Shown in pieces: positions 1 through 10,614 of a stretch of DNA of 64,000 bases; within the stretch, counting starts at the first letter, position 1, and each line of letters begins with the position of its first letter. The position numbers and the translations under genes were made by a program. The stretch comes from Phycisphaerales bacterium (GTDB lineage: Bacteria > Planctomycetota > Phycisphaerae > Phycisphaerales > UBA1924). The stretch covers positions 2,144,001 through 2,208,000 of the forward strand of contig OZ245777.1 of assembly GCA_965227775.1 (NCBI GenBank), read 5' to 3'. The notes below the pieces were generated by a model. The model had not been told where the DNA came from, searched no databases, and saw nothing but the letters and a program-made list of their open reading frames with translations.

Positions 1-1293
1 TCTCCGCGGACGGTAGATCACGGTCAATTCGTCGTCGGGCGCGAGGAGGGTGACCTTCTTGCTCTCGCAGGGGGTCTTGTGCTCTCCGACGGTGATCAGG
101 TCACGGTCTCCGTGGTATAGGTGAGGCACATCGAACGCGAACTCACGCTCGCCCTCTTGCGGAGGGATTGCGAAGGTGCCCGAGCGTCTGAGCGCGACCA
201 CGCTGACGCCGTACGCACACTCGAGATCGGCGACGGTCATCGCGATCGGCACGAACCGATCCTCGTGCTCACCGGCGAAGCGGATCGGGATCTCGACGTC
301 GACACTGAAGCGGCCGGTATTGCTCTCGGAGCCCCAGAGCCAACCGCTGCGATGCGTGATGCCACCCTTCTTCAGCGGGGCAAGGAACGTCGGGTCTGTG
401 GACTGGAAGAGTTTGCGCCTGCGTGGGGGATCGATGGAGAACAGCAAATCTTCGTAGGACTTCGCGTCGGACTTGGCGGCGATCAAGACGTCGTACCGAT
501 TGATGCCGTCCCAGACGACCGTCAGTTCGTCCCACGGAATCGGTTCCTGCCCCTCGCGTGCCGGCCACGCGTCGGGCGGGAATTCCCGGCGACGCTGCAC
601 TTCGACGCTGAGCCCTTTGAAGATCGAGTAGTAGGCCGCGGCGAAGGCCGCTTGGTCCCCCCCGGCCGCGTCCTCGAGTTTCTCGAGGACCTGTGAGGTC
701 ACGGGTTTCTGGGTGGGTTGGTAGTGTTCTTCTCGCGTTAGAAACTGGCTCAGGTAGAAACGGTCGGTCCTGGAAGGCTGAAAGTCCGCCGAAGCTTCAG
801 GGAGGCTTGGGAGCACCCATTCCTGCCTGGTGGCGGCCGGGATGACGGTGTTCATTCCCTTTGGGTTGTCCGGATCGGGAAACCCGCGGAGGGCGAATTG
901 GTCGAAGACGAGGCGCATGCCCGGGCGAGCGCGCACATGCATGTCCAAGGTGACCCGATCCGGATCTTTCTCGTCATGGACATACAGCCTTACGAACTGC
1001 GGGTGTTGGCTCTGGTCAGTCGAGTCTGCGGCGGCATCTGATTTATCCTGTGGAATTGATCCCGTGGTTTGGTCAACTGATTGATCTGGCGGCTTGGTCA
1101 ACTCGATTTGAACCAAGCGTGCGTTGAGGACGTTCGGGTGGACGTGCTCCACCGTCCTGCACCCGGCGATCAGAACCAGTATGCTCAGGATGCCGGAGAG
1201 CACAAGCAGGTGCGATCGCGAATGCGCCGGGGCATCGACTCCGGGGTCGCGATCACGGTCAAGATGTTCAGAGTTTTCTCGCATCACAGACAT
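1..1293 (-). CDS. Putative lipoprotein, 3' end runs off the window
   Basis: Manual translation from ATG at 1293 (alternative 1284): MSVMRENSEH...HLLVLSGILSILVLIAGC, a hydrophobic stretch with a lipobox. I translated it without stops to about 600; it is absent from the ORF track, consistent with no stop inside the window. Confidence 0.7.
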   Translation of the reverse strand, partial: MSVMRENSEHLDRDRDPGVDAPAHSRSHLLVLSGILSILVLIAGCRTVEHVHPNVLNARLVQIELTKPPDQSVDQTTGSIPQDKSDAAADSTDQSQHPQFVRLYVHDEKDPDRVTLDMHVRARPGMRLVFDQFALRGFPDPDNPKGMNTVIPAATRQEWVLPSLPEASADFQPSRTDRFYLSQFLTREEHYQPTQKPVTSQVLEKLEDAAGGDQAAFAAAYYSIFKGLSVEVQRRREFPPDAWPAREGQEPIPWDELTVVWDGINRYDVLIAAKSDAKSYEDLLFSIDPPRRRKLFQSTDPTFLAPLKKGGITHRSGWLWGSESNTGRFSVDVEIPIRFAGEHEDRFVPIAMTVADLECAYGVSVVALRRSGTFAIPPQEGEREFAFDVPHLYHGDRDLITVGEHKTPCESKKVTLLAPDDELTVIYRPRR

Positions 1294-1751
1294 GCCGAAG
1301 AGAGTAGACGATCTGGCACTGGGGCGTGAGGACGCCAATTCCAAGCGGACCTGTCAATGATGGTTCACATGCCACGCAAGTGTGCCATTTCGAGACCCAT
1401 AGCTGTGTCGTTTGCCACGTTATTATGCGAATACAAGGGCATTATTGCGCAAGAGTTTGTCGTTGAAGATAGTTCTTTAACTAATTCATTTTGTTTTCTG
1501 AGCAAGATCCTACTACATTCAGCATGTTTGGTACGCGCGATCCCGTTGAATCTCACGGCGCATCACCGGTGAGTGAGTAGCACAAGGGGGGGATCTTCAT
1601 GTAGGGCGCACCGGGTTGGTGTCTAACGGTTTGCTCGTGGCTGTCTTTCCATGACTGTACCCTCGTACACCGGCGGCTCATTCCGCGGCTACGGTTTTCT
1701 TGGTACCCGCCCAAGTAGGCGCACGAGCGATGGCGAGAGAAACGGCATCAA

Positions 1752-2855
1752 ATGAACACTACTGATAAGCACACGGCTGGAAGCGCATCGAACAAATCCT
1801 GGGACTTCGGCTGGACCTACGTCTTGGCTGTGGTCCTGATCGCGGCCGTCGTCGTGTGGATTGCGAGCCGGAGTATGCCACTCCTCGCTCGGGGTCCGCT
1901 CGCGTGGGCGGGTATCTACGCCGGCGCATTCCTCGCAATCGGTGCCATTCCAGGGGTGCTGCGCGGTGTGGATCTGTACAACAGCACCTCGAAGCTGCAA
2001 ACGTGGCTCTGGGGGGTGGCGCTCGCGTACGGGCTCATCGGGTACCTCTTGGCCCGGAGCTCGGCCGGGCTGCCGATGGACAACTTCGATGTTCCCGAGT
2101 ATCTGCTGACCGCAGTAGGGTTCAGTATCACGACGGGGATCGGAGCCAAGTTGATCGCTCGCGACAAGAGCACGGCCCGCGTCGAAGATTGCGGCGCTCG
2201 TAGTGATCGTGTCGAGTTCGCGAATGTACGCGATGAGGGCGAGTCCGTGTCGGCGCCTCGCGCGAATCTCAGAGACTTCGTGACCGACGACCACGGGCGC
2301 CCAGATGTGCAAAAGCTGCAACTACTGCTGTGGACCGTGTTCGCGGTGGGGCTCTACATCTATCTGACGCATATGGGTATTACCGATGCGGTGGTCGAAG
2401 TGGTGGCGGGTGAGCCTGGGTTTGAGGAACTCACGGCGTCGGAGGATGGCAAGACGTACAAGTGGGACAGCGAGGCCCTCGAGAAAATGCCTGAGCTCCC
2501 GTTACCGTTGCTCCTGCTCGCAGGTCTAGGTCAAGTGGCGTACATCGGAGACAAACTGGTTCGAGTGACCCAGCCGCGCATCGACGGCGTGGAGCCGGAG
2601 CCCGAGAGGGGATTGCATCCTGGGAGTGCGGTAAGTCTTCTCGGCGCGGGTTTCGACCTCGCGTCATCGAAAGTCGTCTTTGACGACGTATTCGTCGTGA
2701 ACCCCGTCGTGTCTGCGACGTCGATCGAGTTCCGCGTTCCTGCGAAGCGGTCGGACGGGACCGACTGGGACGTTACTCGAGTGACAGAAGTTGGTGTGCG
2801 CGTCATCAGCGGGGGCGTTCGGTCGAATGAAGTCAGGCTTAAGATCGCGGGATGA
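1752..2855 (+). CDS. Multi-pass membrane protein with C-terminal IPT/TIG-like domain
   Basis: Several TM stretches, DVQKLQLLLWT and PELPLPLLLLAGLGQVAYIGDK motifs, and a C-terminal PRIDGVEP...PGSAVSLLGAGF...SATSIEFRVP IPT-like pattern. Confidence 0.65.
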   Translation: MNTTDKHTAGSASNKSWDFGWTYVLAVVLIAAVVVWIASRSMPLLARGPLAWAGIYAGAFLAIGAIPGVLRGVDLYNSTSKLQTWLWGVALAYGLIGYLLARSSAGLPMDNFDVPEYLLTAVGFSITTGIGAKLIARDKSTARVEDCGARSDRVEFANVRDEGESVSAPRANLRDFVTDDHGRPDVQKLQLLLWTVFAVGLYIYLTHMGITDAVVEVVAGEPGFEELTASEDGKTYKWDSEALEKMPELPLPLLLLAGLGQVAYIGDKLVRVTQPRIDGVEPEPERGLHPGSAVSLLGAGFDLASSKVVFDDVFVVNPVVSATSIEFRVPAKRSDGTDWDVTRVTEVGVRVISGGVRSNEVRLKIAG

Positions 2856-3177
2856 GGCTCGTGCGGGTGTTCGACCTCGGGCCGATCGTCTACACCGACG
2901 TCATCTTGCGCTTCGGGATCGATGGCTCCAGGTCCCGGCAGAACAATCACGGGGAAATGAGCAGTATGCCCCCGCAATACTGGATTCCGTCGAGGTGATC
3001 GTCAAGCCGGCGTGCGATCCTTGGCCGTGTGGTTTGTCCATTTTGGGAGACAAGTTCAAAGTTTGGTGCGAGTTATTCGACTCATCGTGCGAGTCGTTCA
3101 CGTGGTGGTGACCTGTCCCCCTCAACCCGTTCCACCTTGAGTGTTAGCCTCGGGGTCGACCACGGAGGGCAGTCATC

Positions 3178-3456
3178 ATGGGCATGAAGCGTCATTCGGC
3201 TGAGGAAATCCTGAACAAGCTTCGTCAGGCGGAGGTCGAGTTGAGCAAGGGCTCATCCGTCGCGGCGGTGTGCAAGCTGCTGGGCGTGACTGAGCAGACG
3301 TATTACCGGTGGCGGAAGGAGTACGGCGGTTTGAAGACCGATCAGGCGAAGAAGCTCAGGGAGCTGGAGGGTGAGAACGCCAGGCTAAAGCGGCTGCTGG
3401 CCGACGCGGAGCTCGACAAGGCGATGCTGCGTGAGGTGTCCTCGGGAAACTTCTGA
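3178..3456 (+). CDS. IS3 transposase OrfA (HTH)
   Basis: VCKLLGVTEQTYYRWRKEYGG, leucine-zipper ELEGENARLKRLL, and slippery GGGAAAC at 3444-3450 just before the stop. Confidence 0.93.
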   Translation: MGMKRHSAEEILNKLRQAEVELSKGSSVAAVCKLLGVTEQTYYRWRKEYGGLKTDQAKKLRELEGENARLKRLLADAELDKAMLREVSSGNF

Positions 3457-3506
3457 GCTCGCGCCGCCGTCGGGACGCGGTCGATGCTCTACTCGCGCGG
3501 TTCGGC

Positions 3507-4343
3507 GTGAGCGAGCGTCGGGCGTGCAAGCTGGTGCGTCAGCCCCGTGCGACGCACCGGTACCGGCCGACGGAGCGGGACGACGAGAAGCCGCTGACGA
3601 GACGGATCATCGAGCTGGCCGCCGCGTACGGGCGGTACGGCTACCGGAGGATCACGGCGTTGCTGTGTCGTGAGGGGTGGCGTGTGAACCACAAGCGTGT
3701 CGAGCGGATCTGGCGTCGGGAGGGTCTGAGGGTGCCGAAGAAGCAGCCGAAGCGGGGCCGTCTGTGGCTCAACGACGGAAGCTGCGTGCGCCGGCGGCCT
3801 GAGCGTCGCGATCATGTCTGGGCGTACGACTTCGTGCAGACACGGACGAAAGACGGCAAGCCGCTCCGGATGCTGGTGGTCGTGGACGAGTTCACACGCG
3901 AGTGCCTGAGCATCGATGTGGCTCGTCGGCTCAACCACGACGATGTGCTCGAGCGCCTGGCGTGGCTCATGGCGACGCGGGGTGTGCCCGAGCACATCCG
4001 GTCGGACAATGGCCCGGAGTTCACCGCGAAGGCGGTGCGGGAGTGGCTGTCGAAGGTCGGCGTGCAGACACTGTTCATCGAGCCGGGCTCGCCACGGGAG
4101 AACGGGTACGTCGAGAGCCTCAACGGCAAGCTCCGTGACGAACTGCTCGATCGGGAGATCGTTGATACGCCGCTCGAAGCCCGCGTCCTCATCGAACGCT
4201 GGCGGGAGCACTACAACACGGTGCGGCCGCACTCGTCGCCGGGCTACCGCCCACCCGCACCAGAAACGATCGCTGCTGGTCCGCATTCCGCTCCGCTCCA
4301 GGCGGCCCAGCAGCAGGGAACGAACAACCAAGGACCCACATAG
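3507..4343 (+). CDS. IS3 transposase OrfB (DDE), probably expressed by -1 frameshift
   Basis: YGYRRI, VNHKRVERIWR, WAYDF, IRSDNGPEF, ENGYVES, YNTVRPHSS. Confidence 0.93.
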   Translation: MSERRACKLVRQPRATHRYRPTERDDEKPLTRRIIELAAAYGRYGYRRITALLCREGWRVNHKRVERIWRREGLRVPKKQPKRGRLWLNDGSCVRRRPERRDHVWAYDFVQTRTKDGKPLRMLVVVDEFTRECLSIDVARRLNHDDVLERLAWLMATRGVPEHIRSDNGPEFTAKAVREWLSKVGVQTLFIEPGSPRENGYVESLNGKLRDELLDREIVDTPLEARVLIERWREHYNTVRPHSSPGYRPPAPETIAAGPHSAPLQAAQQQGTNNQGPT

Positions 4344-4409
4344 ACTCTGGTATCAAACCCGGGGGCCGGTCAGTCAGTTGATGTTCGATATCGGCGACGA
4401 TCTTGATCT

Positions 4410-5072
4410 CTAGTTCGGGCTAGAGGCTTGGCGAACGAAATGGTAGCCTCCAGCGGTAGCGCCCCAGACCTGCTCGCCTCGGGTGTTCCATCCCTGGTCC
4501 CAGCTCATCAAGAGGCGGTCGTTAAGCGTTACTCTGCTCGTAGCGTGCGAAGCGCCGCGGAGTGAGCTCGAGCAGCCCTGGCCGATCGTCGAGCCGGTGA
4601 ATCCGCCGTCGGGGTCGCGTTCCAGCAGGATCGAGCAGCCCTCGCGGAGCGCGAGATCGTCGGGGGAGATGTTGTCCAGCGGCACCTCGTCGAGCCAGCA
4701 CGCGACAGCCGCGGCCGGGTCGGGCAGCTCGAACACATCGCTCCAGAGCTGGCCTTTGGCATCCTGGTAGATTCGGTACACGCGTTGGCGATACGGACGG
4801 TCGAGGGCGGAAAAGGCCGCCTGCTCGACGTAGAGCCAGCGGCCGTCCTCACGGTGTCCCCAGATCGGGATCGTGACCAGGCGGATCTCGAAGAAGTTCG
4901 TTGGGTCCGATGCCGCCTGGGCCCGGCTGTCGAACACGCCCGCCAGCATCGAAGCCACGGCGTGCACATCCTGGTTGGCGTGTTCGGTCATCGTGCGTGG
5001 AGCCGACTGGCATCCGGTTAGCACGACCGTGGCAATGAGCATGGAAAGCAGTCGCGGCATCGGGAACCTCAC
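4410..5072 (-). CDS. CpcT/CpeT-family (bilin lyase-like) lipoprotein
   Basis: LYVEQA...RPYRQRVY and SWDQGWN..GEQVWGA motifs; lipobox VLTGC. Confidence 0.8.
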   Translation of the reverse strand: MRFPMPRLLSMLIATVVLTGCQSAPRTMTEHANQDVHAVASMLAGVFDSRAQAASDPTNFFEIRLVTIPIWGHREDGRWLYVEQAAFSALDRPYRQRVYRIYQDAKGQLWSDVFELPDPAAAVACWLDEVPLDNISPDDLALREGCSILLERDPDGGFTGSTIGQGCSSSLRGASHATSRVTLNDRLLMSWDQGWNTRGEQVWGATAGGYHFVRQASSPN

Positions 5073-5611
5073 GTCTGGTTGATGATCCGGAGCTCGAGCG
5101 TGATCGTACGCCCGGTGATGCCAAACCCTGATCTTGGATGTGACGACGTTGCCCTTGCGCGTGGCTGGCGGACCGATGCCGCCTGGCTGGCCGGTGCGTT
5201 TGCTGTATTCCAGGTGGTCTCAGCTTTGGGGTCCGCCGAGACGTGGCCGTTCCTTCTGCCGATGTCCCAGACGCGTTTGAACCCCCCAATCGTCGCAGAG
5301 TGAGTGGACTCGATGCTGGGGGAGGGTCACTCGGGAACTGGCTTCAGAGCATGGATATTGCGCCAGATTATCAGATACCGGTGGATGAGTGAGCCGATGT
5401 GCTCACGGAGAGCGCGCGACAGGTACCCAGGTGACAAGCTGTTATGGTCAGCGAGGTCGGTGAGTGACCAGCAACTAAGTGCCATTCGCGTTGTCACTCC
5501 ATCACTTGAGTTAGCCGTGACCAAGAGCTGTTCACGTGAACAGCTCTGTTGCACCAGTCTCAATGGAGTTGGCTAAAGTCCACGATGCAATGACAAGGAG
5601 TGGAACTTCGG

Positions 5612-5671
5612 ATGCGAGTGTTAATTGTTGAGGATGACAAGGCCATTGTCGTGATCAAGCGAACTGCCTGA
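5612..5671 (+). pseudogene. Remnant of a response-regulator receiver N-terminus
   Basis: AAGGAG upstream, then MRVLIVEDDKAIV with a stop after 19 codons. Confidence 0.5.
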
Positions 5672-5993
5672 TGACTCTGCGTTGCATGCTCAGATGCCAT
5701 CCATCATGAGAACAACTACAACTCGACAGCCAGCTACACGTAGATCGGTTCAATGCCATATGCCGTGTTTCCAGGCTCCAGAGGCCGATCTTAAAGGCGA
5801 AAAGTTCAACTGGCGTCCTGTCACCCCGATTGTAGAGAAAGCCCTGGGCATCCCAAGCGATTTTCTTGCAGGCGTTTGCGCCGGAATTCAATGTTGCCTT
5901 CTCACGCTAGGCCTCGCAGGCCGTAGTTGAGCTCGGCGTGCGCTTCGGCGCCACCATTCGCCGCCACGCCATGTTGCCGGTCTCGCGCCGAGC

Positions 5994-6341
5994 TCACCCT
6001 GTGGCGGCCTGCGCCGGCATCCGGCCACGAGAGAGCTCGAGTTCGATGGACGCGAGGATCGCATCGAGCAAACCCGGGAACACGGTCTCAAGCTCCTCCC
6101 GCCGAAGAGAGTTGAGCCTCTGGGTGCCCATCTTCGTGCTGCGGATCAGCCCAGCCTCGCGGAGCACACGCCAGTGGTGGGTCGCCGACGACTTGGGCAG
6201 GGACGTTGCGAACGCGTTGCATGGCTGGTCCTTGCCTCGAGCGGCAGTTCGAACAATATCCAAACGATACGGGTCGCTCAGGGCCTTGAAGATGTCCTCG
6301 AGCCGTATGTCCTCGATTCTTGGGTGTCTGAGTTCCTTCAT
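5994..6341 (-). CDS. ArsR/SmtB-family transcriptional regulator
   Basis: IFKALSDPYRLDIV...KSSATHHWRVLREAGLI...LRREELETVFPGLL. Confidence 0.9.
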   Translation of the reverse strand: MKELRHPRIEDIRLEDIFKALSDPYRLDIVRTAARGKDQPCNAFATSLPKSSATHHWRVLREAGLIRSTKMGTQRLNSLRREELETVFPGLLDAILASIELELSRGRMPAQAATG

Positions 6342-6348
6342 GGAGTGG

Positions 6349-6400
6349 ATCCTAGTTCACAGGGCCGTTGACGTCAACTATAGTACGAGTATAATTGAAC
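6349..6400. promoter_or_regulatory. Overlapping divergent sigma70-type promoters and a likely ArsR operator
   Basis: Palindrome GTTGACGTCAAC (6367-6378). Plus strand: TTGACG-16-TATAAT (6368-6395). Minus strand: TTGACG-17-TAGGAT (6377-6349). Imperfect inverted repeat GTACGA..TTGAAC over the -10. Confidence 0.75.
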
Positions 6401-6487
6401 AATAAAACTTTCGGATAACAGAATAAACGAACTCCCCCGCCTGGTTATTCGACTGGATACACGCACCACCTGAGACGGAGAACACCA

Positions 6488-7243
6488 ATGACCACCACCA
6501 TCAAGCACTTCACCGAAGACCCCGAATTGGCAAAGAAGATCAAGGGGTTCTCCTTCCCGTCCGAGTGGGTCGCGGGGGACACCTCTCTAGAAGAGGCCCT
6601 CGAGACCACTCGGCGGTTTTGGATGGACGAGGACTCAGGCTCGATGCCCAAGGGATTCGTCGACGCCCTGAACCGCAGCTTGACCGAGCTGGTGCAATCC
6701 GGGCTCGATGAGCAGAGCATCCAGGTTGGCCAGGCGTTCCCCGATTTTGAGCTGCCCGACCACAACGGGAGCGCCGTCCGCAGCTCTGAGCTATTGAGCG
6801 AAGGCCCCCTCGTTGTCACCTTCTACCGCGGCGGATGGTGCCCGTACTGCAACCTGGCCCTCCGGGCGCTGCAGGACAAGCTGCCCGAGATGAAGGAGCT
6901 GGGAGCGAACCTTGTCGCTATCTCGCCGCAGCTGCCCGATGGTTCGCTCTCGACCGCCGAGCAGAACAGCCTCGAGTTCTCCGTCTTGTCGGATGTTGGA
7001 CTGAAGGTGGCCAGCGATGCTGGCGTGGTCTGGGAGATTCCCGAGTACGCCATGGAGTGGCACCAGAAGTTCTTCGGCATGGACCTCGAATCCACCAACG
7101 GTGCCGGCAACTCCAACAAACTCCCGGTGCCGGCGACCTTCGTGATCGGACGGGACGGTCGCGTCCTGTGGCGGTTCGTCGAGGCTAAGTACTGGGAACG
7201 TGCCAACCCCGAGGACATCGTGAACGCGCTGCGTTCGGTGTAA
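6488..7243 (+). CDS. Peroxiredoxin-like AhpC/TSA family protein
   Basis: FYRGGWCPYCN, LVAISPQ, LPVPATFVI. Confidence 0.9.
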   Translation: MTTTIKHFTEDPELAKKIKGFSFPSEWVAGDTSLEEALETTRRFWMDEDSGSMPKGFVDALNRSLTELVQSGLDEQSIQVGQAFPDFELPDHNGSAVRSSELLSEGPLVVTFYRGGWCPYCNLALRALQDKLPEMKELGANLVAISPQLPDGSLSTAEQNSLEFSVLSDVGLKVASDAGVVWEIPEYAMEWHQKFFGMDLESTNGAGNSNKLPVPATFVIGRDGRVLWRFVEAKYWERANPEDIVNALRSV

Positions 7244-7325
7244 ACAAGCAAACGAGTTACTGCCCAAGTCAGGGCACAGCCAATCCGAGCCCCAGGCTCA
7301 AACGCGAAAGCAAAGGAGAAACCAA

Positions 7326-7895
7326 ATGGCAGAATTCACGATTCACACCGAAGAGTCCGCACCCGAAGGCAGCAAGCCGGTCATCGAGCAGGTCAAGGGC
7401 GCGTTCGGCATGCTCCCGAACCTCATGGCTACGTTCGCCGAGTCGCCTGCGGCCATCGAGGGGTACTTGACCCTCATGGGCATTTTCAGCAGCAAGACCG
7501 ACTTCTCGCCAACCGAGCAGCAGGTCGTGCTCATGACCAACAACCGTCTCAATGGCTGCACCTACTGCATGGCCGCCCACACCGGGATTGCCAAGTCGAG
7601 CGGGGTTCCCGATGACGTCATTGAGTCGTTGCGTTCCGGCACGGCCATCGAAGATCCCAAGCTCGACGCCCTGCGAGTTTTCACCGAGCAGGTCTTCCAC
7701 ACCCGTGGCAACGTGAGCGACGCCGACGTCGACGCCTTCCTGGCCGCTGGCTACACGAAGGGTAACGTCCTCGAAGTCGTCGTAGGCACGGCGCTCAAGG
7801 TGATGTCCAACTACACGAACCACATCGCTGGCACGCCGGTCGACAAGCCTTTCTCGGCCTTCGCCTGGTCGCCCGATCAAGCCGTGACCGCGTGA
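7326..7895 (+). CDS. AhpD / carboxymuconolactone decarboxylase family protein
   Basis: FGMLPNL, NGCTYCMAAH, KVMSNYTNH. Confidence 0.9.
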   Translation: MAEFTIHTEESAPEGSKPVIEQVKGAFGMLPNLMATFAESPAAIEGYLTLMGIFSSKTDFSPTEQQVVLMTNNRLNGCTYCMAAHTGIAKSSGVPDDVIESLRSGTAIEDPKLDALRVFTEQVFHTRGNVSDADVDAFLAAGYTKGNVLEVVVGTALKVMSNYTNHIAGTPVDKPFSAFAWSPDQAVTA

Positions 7896-7980
7896 GCGCG
7901 GCAAGCAACGTCTCACCGCCTGAAACCACGACGATGAGACGATTCGTCCAAGGTACTAACCAACGCAAAGGAGAGCTCTC

Positions 7981-8547
7981 GTGACCCCGTACACCGTCCA
8001 CACCGAGGAGTCCGCGCCGGAAGGCAGCAAGCCCGTCATCAACCAGGTCAAGTTGACCCTCGGTTTCCTTCCGAATCTGATGGCTACGCTCTCCGAGTCA
8101 CCGGCTTCGGTTGCCGCGTATGCCACCATGATGGGCATCTACGAGAAGAGCGAGTTCACGCCAACCGAGAAAGAAGTGGTGCTCATGACCAACAACCGTC
8201 TGAATGGGTGCTACTACTGCATGGCGGCCCACTCGACGGTCTCCAAGATGAAGGGCATCGCCGATTCCGATATTGAGACGCTCCGCAACGGAACATCGTT
8301 CGACGATCCGAAGCTCGAAGCACTTCGTGTCTTCACCGAGCAGGTGTTCCACACCCGTGGCAACGTGAGCGACGCTGATGTCGATGCCTTCCTGGCCGCA
8401 GGCTACACCAAGGGCAATGTGTTCGAGGTGGTGCTGGGCACCAGCCTCAAGGTCCTTTCAAACTACTCGCACAAGTTCACCAAGGCGCCGGTCGACAAGG
8501 CGTTCGAGGCAATGGCCTGGTCGCCAGATCAGGTCGTCGGTGTGTAG
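7981..8547 (+). CDS. AhpD / CMD family protein, tandem paralogue
   Basis: NGCYYCMAAH; long blocks identical to the upstream copy. Confidence 0.9.
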   Translation: MTPYTVHTEESAPEGSKPVINQVKLTLGFLPNLMATLSESPASVAAYATMMGIYEKSEFTPTEKEVVLMTNNRLNGCYYCMAAHSTVSKMKGIADSDIETLRNGTSFDDPKLEALRVFTEQVFHTRGNVSDADVDAFLAAGYTKGNVFEVVLGTSLKVLSNYSHKFTKAPVDKAFEAMAWSPDQVVGV

Positions 8548-8591
8548 GTGGCAAGACGCGAAACGTCGCCATTCATGAGAGGAGAGCCGCC

Positions 8592-9479
8592 ATGGCACAG
8601 GCAATCGAAAGCTCCGCACGCACTCGCTACGCGAACGAGTCCGTAGACGGCGTCCGGGTCTTCTGCAGGGAATCTGGAACGCCCAAGAGTCGCGCTCTCG
8701 TGTTGCTCCACGGTTTCCCGGCGTCGTCGCACATGTATCGGGAGGTGCTGGCGGCGCTTGGCGATGAGTTCTATGTGATCGCCCCCGACTACCCGGGCTT
8801 CGGCAATAGCGAGTTCCCAGATCCGAGCGGGTTCGAGTACACCTTCGACAACCTCGCTGTCACGATCGGTGCGCTGCTCGAGAAGAAGGGCATTGCCGAG
8901 TGGGTACTCGGCATGCAGGACTACGGTGCTCCGGTCGGCTTCCGGCTCGCGACGGCTCATCCGGATCGGGTCAAGGGCCTGATCACGATGAACGGAAACG
9001 CCTATGAAGAGGGCCTCGATCCCGAGAGCTCCGGACCGGTCCGCAGCTACTGGGAGAGCCGCACGCCCGAGAAGGAAGACTTGATCGCTGGTCAGCTCAT
9101 GAGCCCCGAGGGCGTGCAGTGGCAGTACACGCATGGCACGCGAAATCCAGAGGGGATGAATCCCGACAACTGGACGCTCGACATCGCCCGGGTATCGCGC
9201 CCCGGCCAGCGGCAGGTGCAGCTCGACCTCTTTTACGACTACCGCACAAACCTCGAGCTCTACCCAGTTTGGCAGGCGTACCTGCAAGAACACCAGCCGC
9301 CGACGCTGATCGCTTGGGGTGCTCGAGATCCCATCTTCGTCGCTGCAGGGGCCGAAGCCTTCAAACAGCATCTCGATGACCCTGAGTTCCACCTCTTCGA
9401 GACGGGGCACTTTGTTCTCGAAGAAGACGCTCCACGGGTCATCCCACTGATCCGTAGATTCCTCGGCAGGCTCAACTAA
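8592..9479 (+). CDS. Alpha/beta hydrolase (epoxide hydrolase / dehalogenase-like)
   Basis: [14 protein letters not shown], nucleophile motif QDYG, catalytic TGHF. Confidence 0.9.
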   Translation: MAQAIESSARTRYANESVDGVRVFCRESGTPKSRALVLLHGFPASSHMYREVLAALGDEFYVIAPDYPGFGNSEFPDPSGFEYTFDNLAVTIGALLEKKGIAEWVLGMQDYGAPVGFRLATAHPDRVKGLITMNGNAYEEGLDPESSGPVRSYWESRTPEKEDLIAGQLMSPEGVQWQYTHGTRNPEGMNPDNWTLDIARVSRPGQRQVQLDLFYDYRTNLELYPVWQAYLQEHQPPTLIAWGARDPIFVAAGAEAFKQHLDDPEFHLFETGHFVLEEDAPRVIPLIRRFLGRLN

Positions 9480-9520
9480 TCCGATCCGAAACCACCACAT
9501 ACCAAAGGAGGAGCACACCA

Positions 9521-10258
9521 ATGGGGTTCGATGTTCAAGGGAAGACCGCGCTCGTGACCGGTTCAAACCGCGGGATCGGCAGGGCGATCGTCGAGTCACT
9601 GCTCAATAGCGGCGCCGCGAAGGTCTACGCCGCGGTCCGCGATCCGAACAAGGCCAAGGAGCTCGTCGATGCTCACCCGGGGAAGGTCGAGCCGATCGAG
9701 ATCGATCTCGCTCGCCCAGAGACCATCACGGCCGCCGCGGCCAAGGCCTCCGACGTAGAGCTGGTCGTGAACAACGCCGGTGTTCTGAAGATGGCCAGCC
9801 CCCTTGCTGCCGATGCGATCGAGTCGCTGCAGTTCGAACTCGAGATGAATCTATTCGGCCTGGTCCGCATGGCCCAGGCCTTCGCGCCCGTGCTCAAGAG
9901 CAATGGTGGGGGCGCGTTCGTGCAGCTCAATTCTGTTGCATCGGTCAAGAACTTCGCGGACCTTGCGACCTACTCCACTTCCAAGGCTGCGACGTACTCG
10001 ATGACCCAGGGCTTGCGTGACAAGCTTGGCGAGCAGGGCACGGCGGTACTCAGTGTGCATCCTGGCCCGATGGCAACGGACATGGTCGCCGGTACCGGCA
10101 TGGATGGTGAGCCCCCCTCGATCGTCGGTGACGGCATCGTCAATGCTCTGGCGAATGGAGACTTCCACTTCTTTGCTGGCACCCTCGCGGGGCAGCTGTG
10201 GGGGGCATACGAGGGCTTCGCCAAGGGTGTGGTTGAAGCGGATCTCTCGGAAGGATGA
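9521..10258 (+). CDS. SDR-family oxidoreductase
   Basis: [17 protein letters not shown]. Confidence 0.93.
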   Translation: MGFDVQGKTALVTGSNRGIGRAIVESLLNSGAAKVYAAVRDPNKAKELVDAHPGKVEPIEIDLARPETITAAAAKASDVELVVNNAGVLKMASPLAADAIESLQFELEMNLFGLVRMAQAFAPVLKSNGGGAFVQLNSVASVKNFADLATYSTSKAATYSMTQGLRDKLGEQGTAVLSVHPGPMATDMVAGTGMDGEPPSIVGDGIVNALANGDFHFFAGTLAGQLWGAYEGFAKGVVEADLSEG

Positions 10259-10614
10259 CCCGGCGTGGCGCACGTGCTGGTGGCCGCGAGTGTCGATCTG
10301 CGGCCACCTTTGACATGATGCGTCAACGATGGGCGGGCTGGCCTGACGGCCGGCTCTCCTTTTCTAGAATGAGTGAGCTGGAACAATTGCCATCCCGCCG
10401 CGCGCAGGATGAGCATCGCTCATCGAGGTGAGGCGTGAGCGCTGCCCGTGTATATCTCACCGCGCTTTGAGCAGCGTCAATTGCTCTCGGGCCCAATGGT
10501 GAGAATGCAGGTCTGTGCCCTCGAGGCCACGGCGATCGAGGCGCTGGAGCGTTTCGCGGTTGGTTATAGCAGCGAACACCACTAGGCTATCGAGCGCCTA
10601 AAGGCCTTCCGGGT

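Larger units (their letters stand above)
3109..4372 (+). mobile_element. IS3-family insertion sequence
   Basis: Imperfect terminal inverted repeats TGACCTGTCCCCCTCAACCCGTTCCA and (reverse complement) TGACCGGCCCCCGGGTTTGATACCA with TG...CA ends, enclosing orfA and orfB. Confidence 0.93.

Noticed and set aside
121..696. Plus-strand 191-aa ORF
   Set aside because: Antisense shadow of the minus-strand lipoprotein gene
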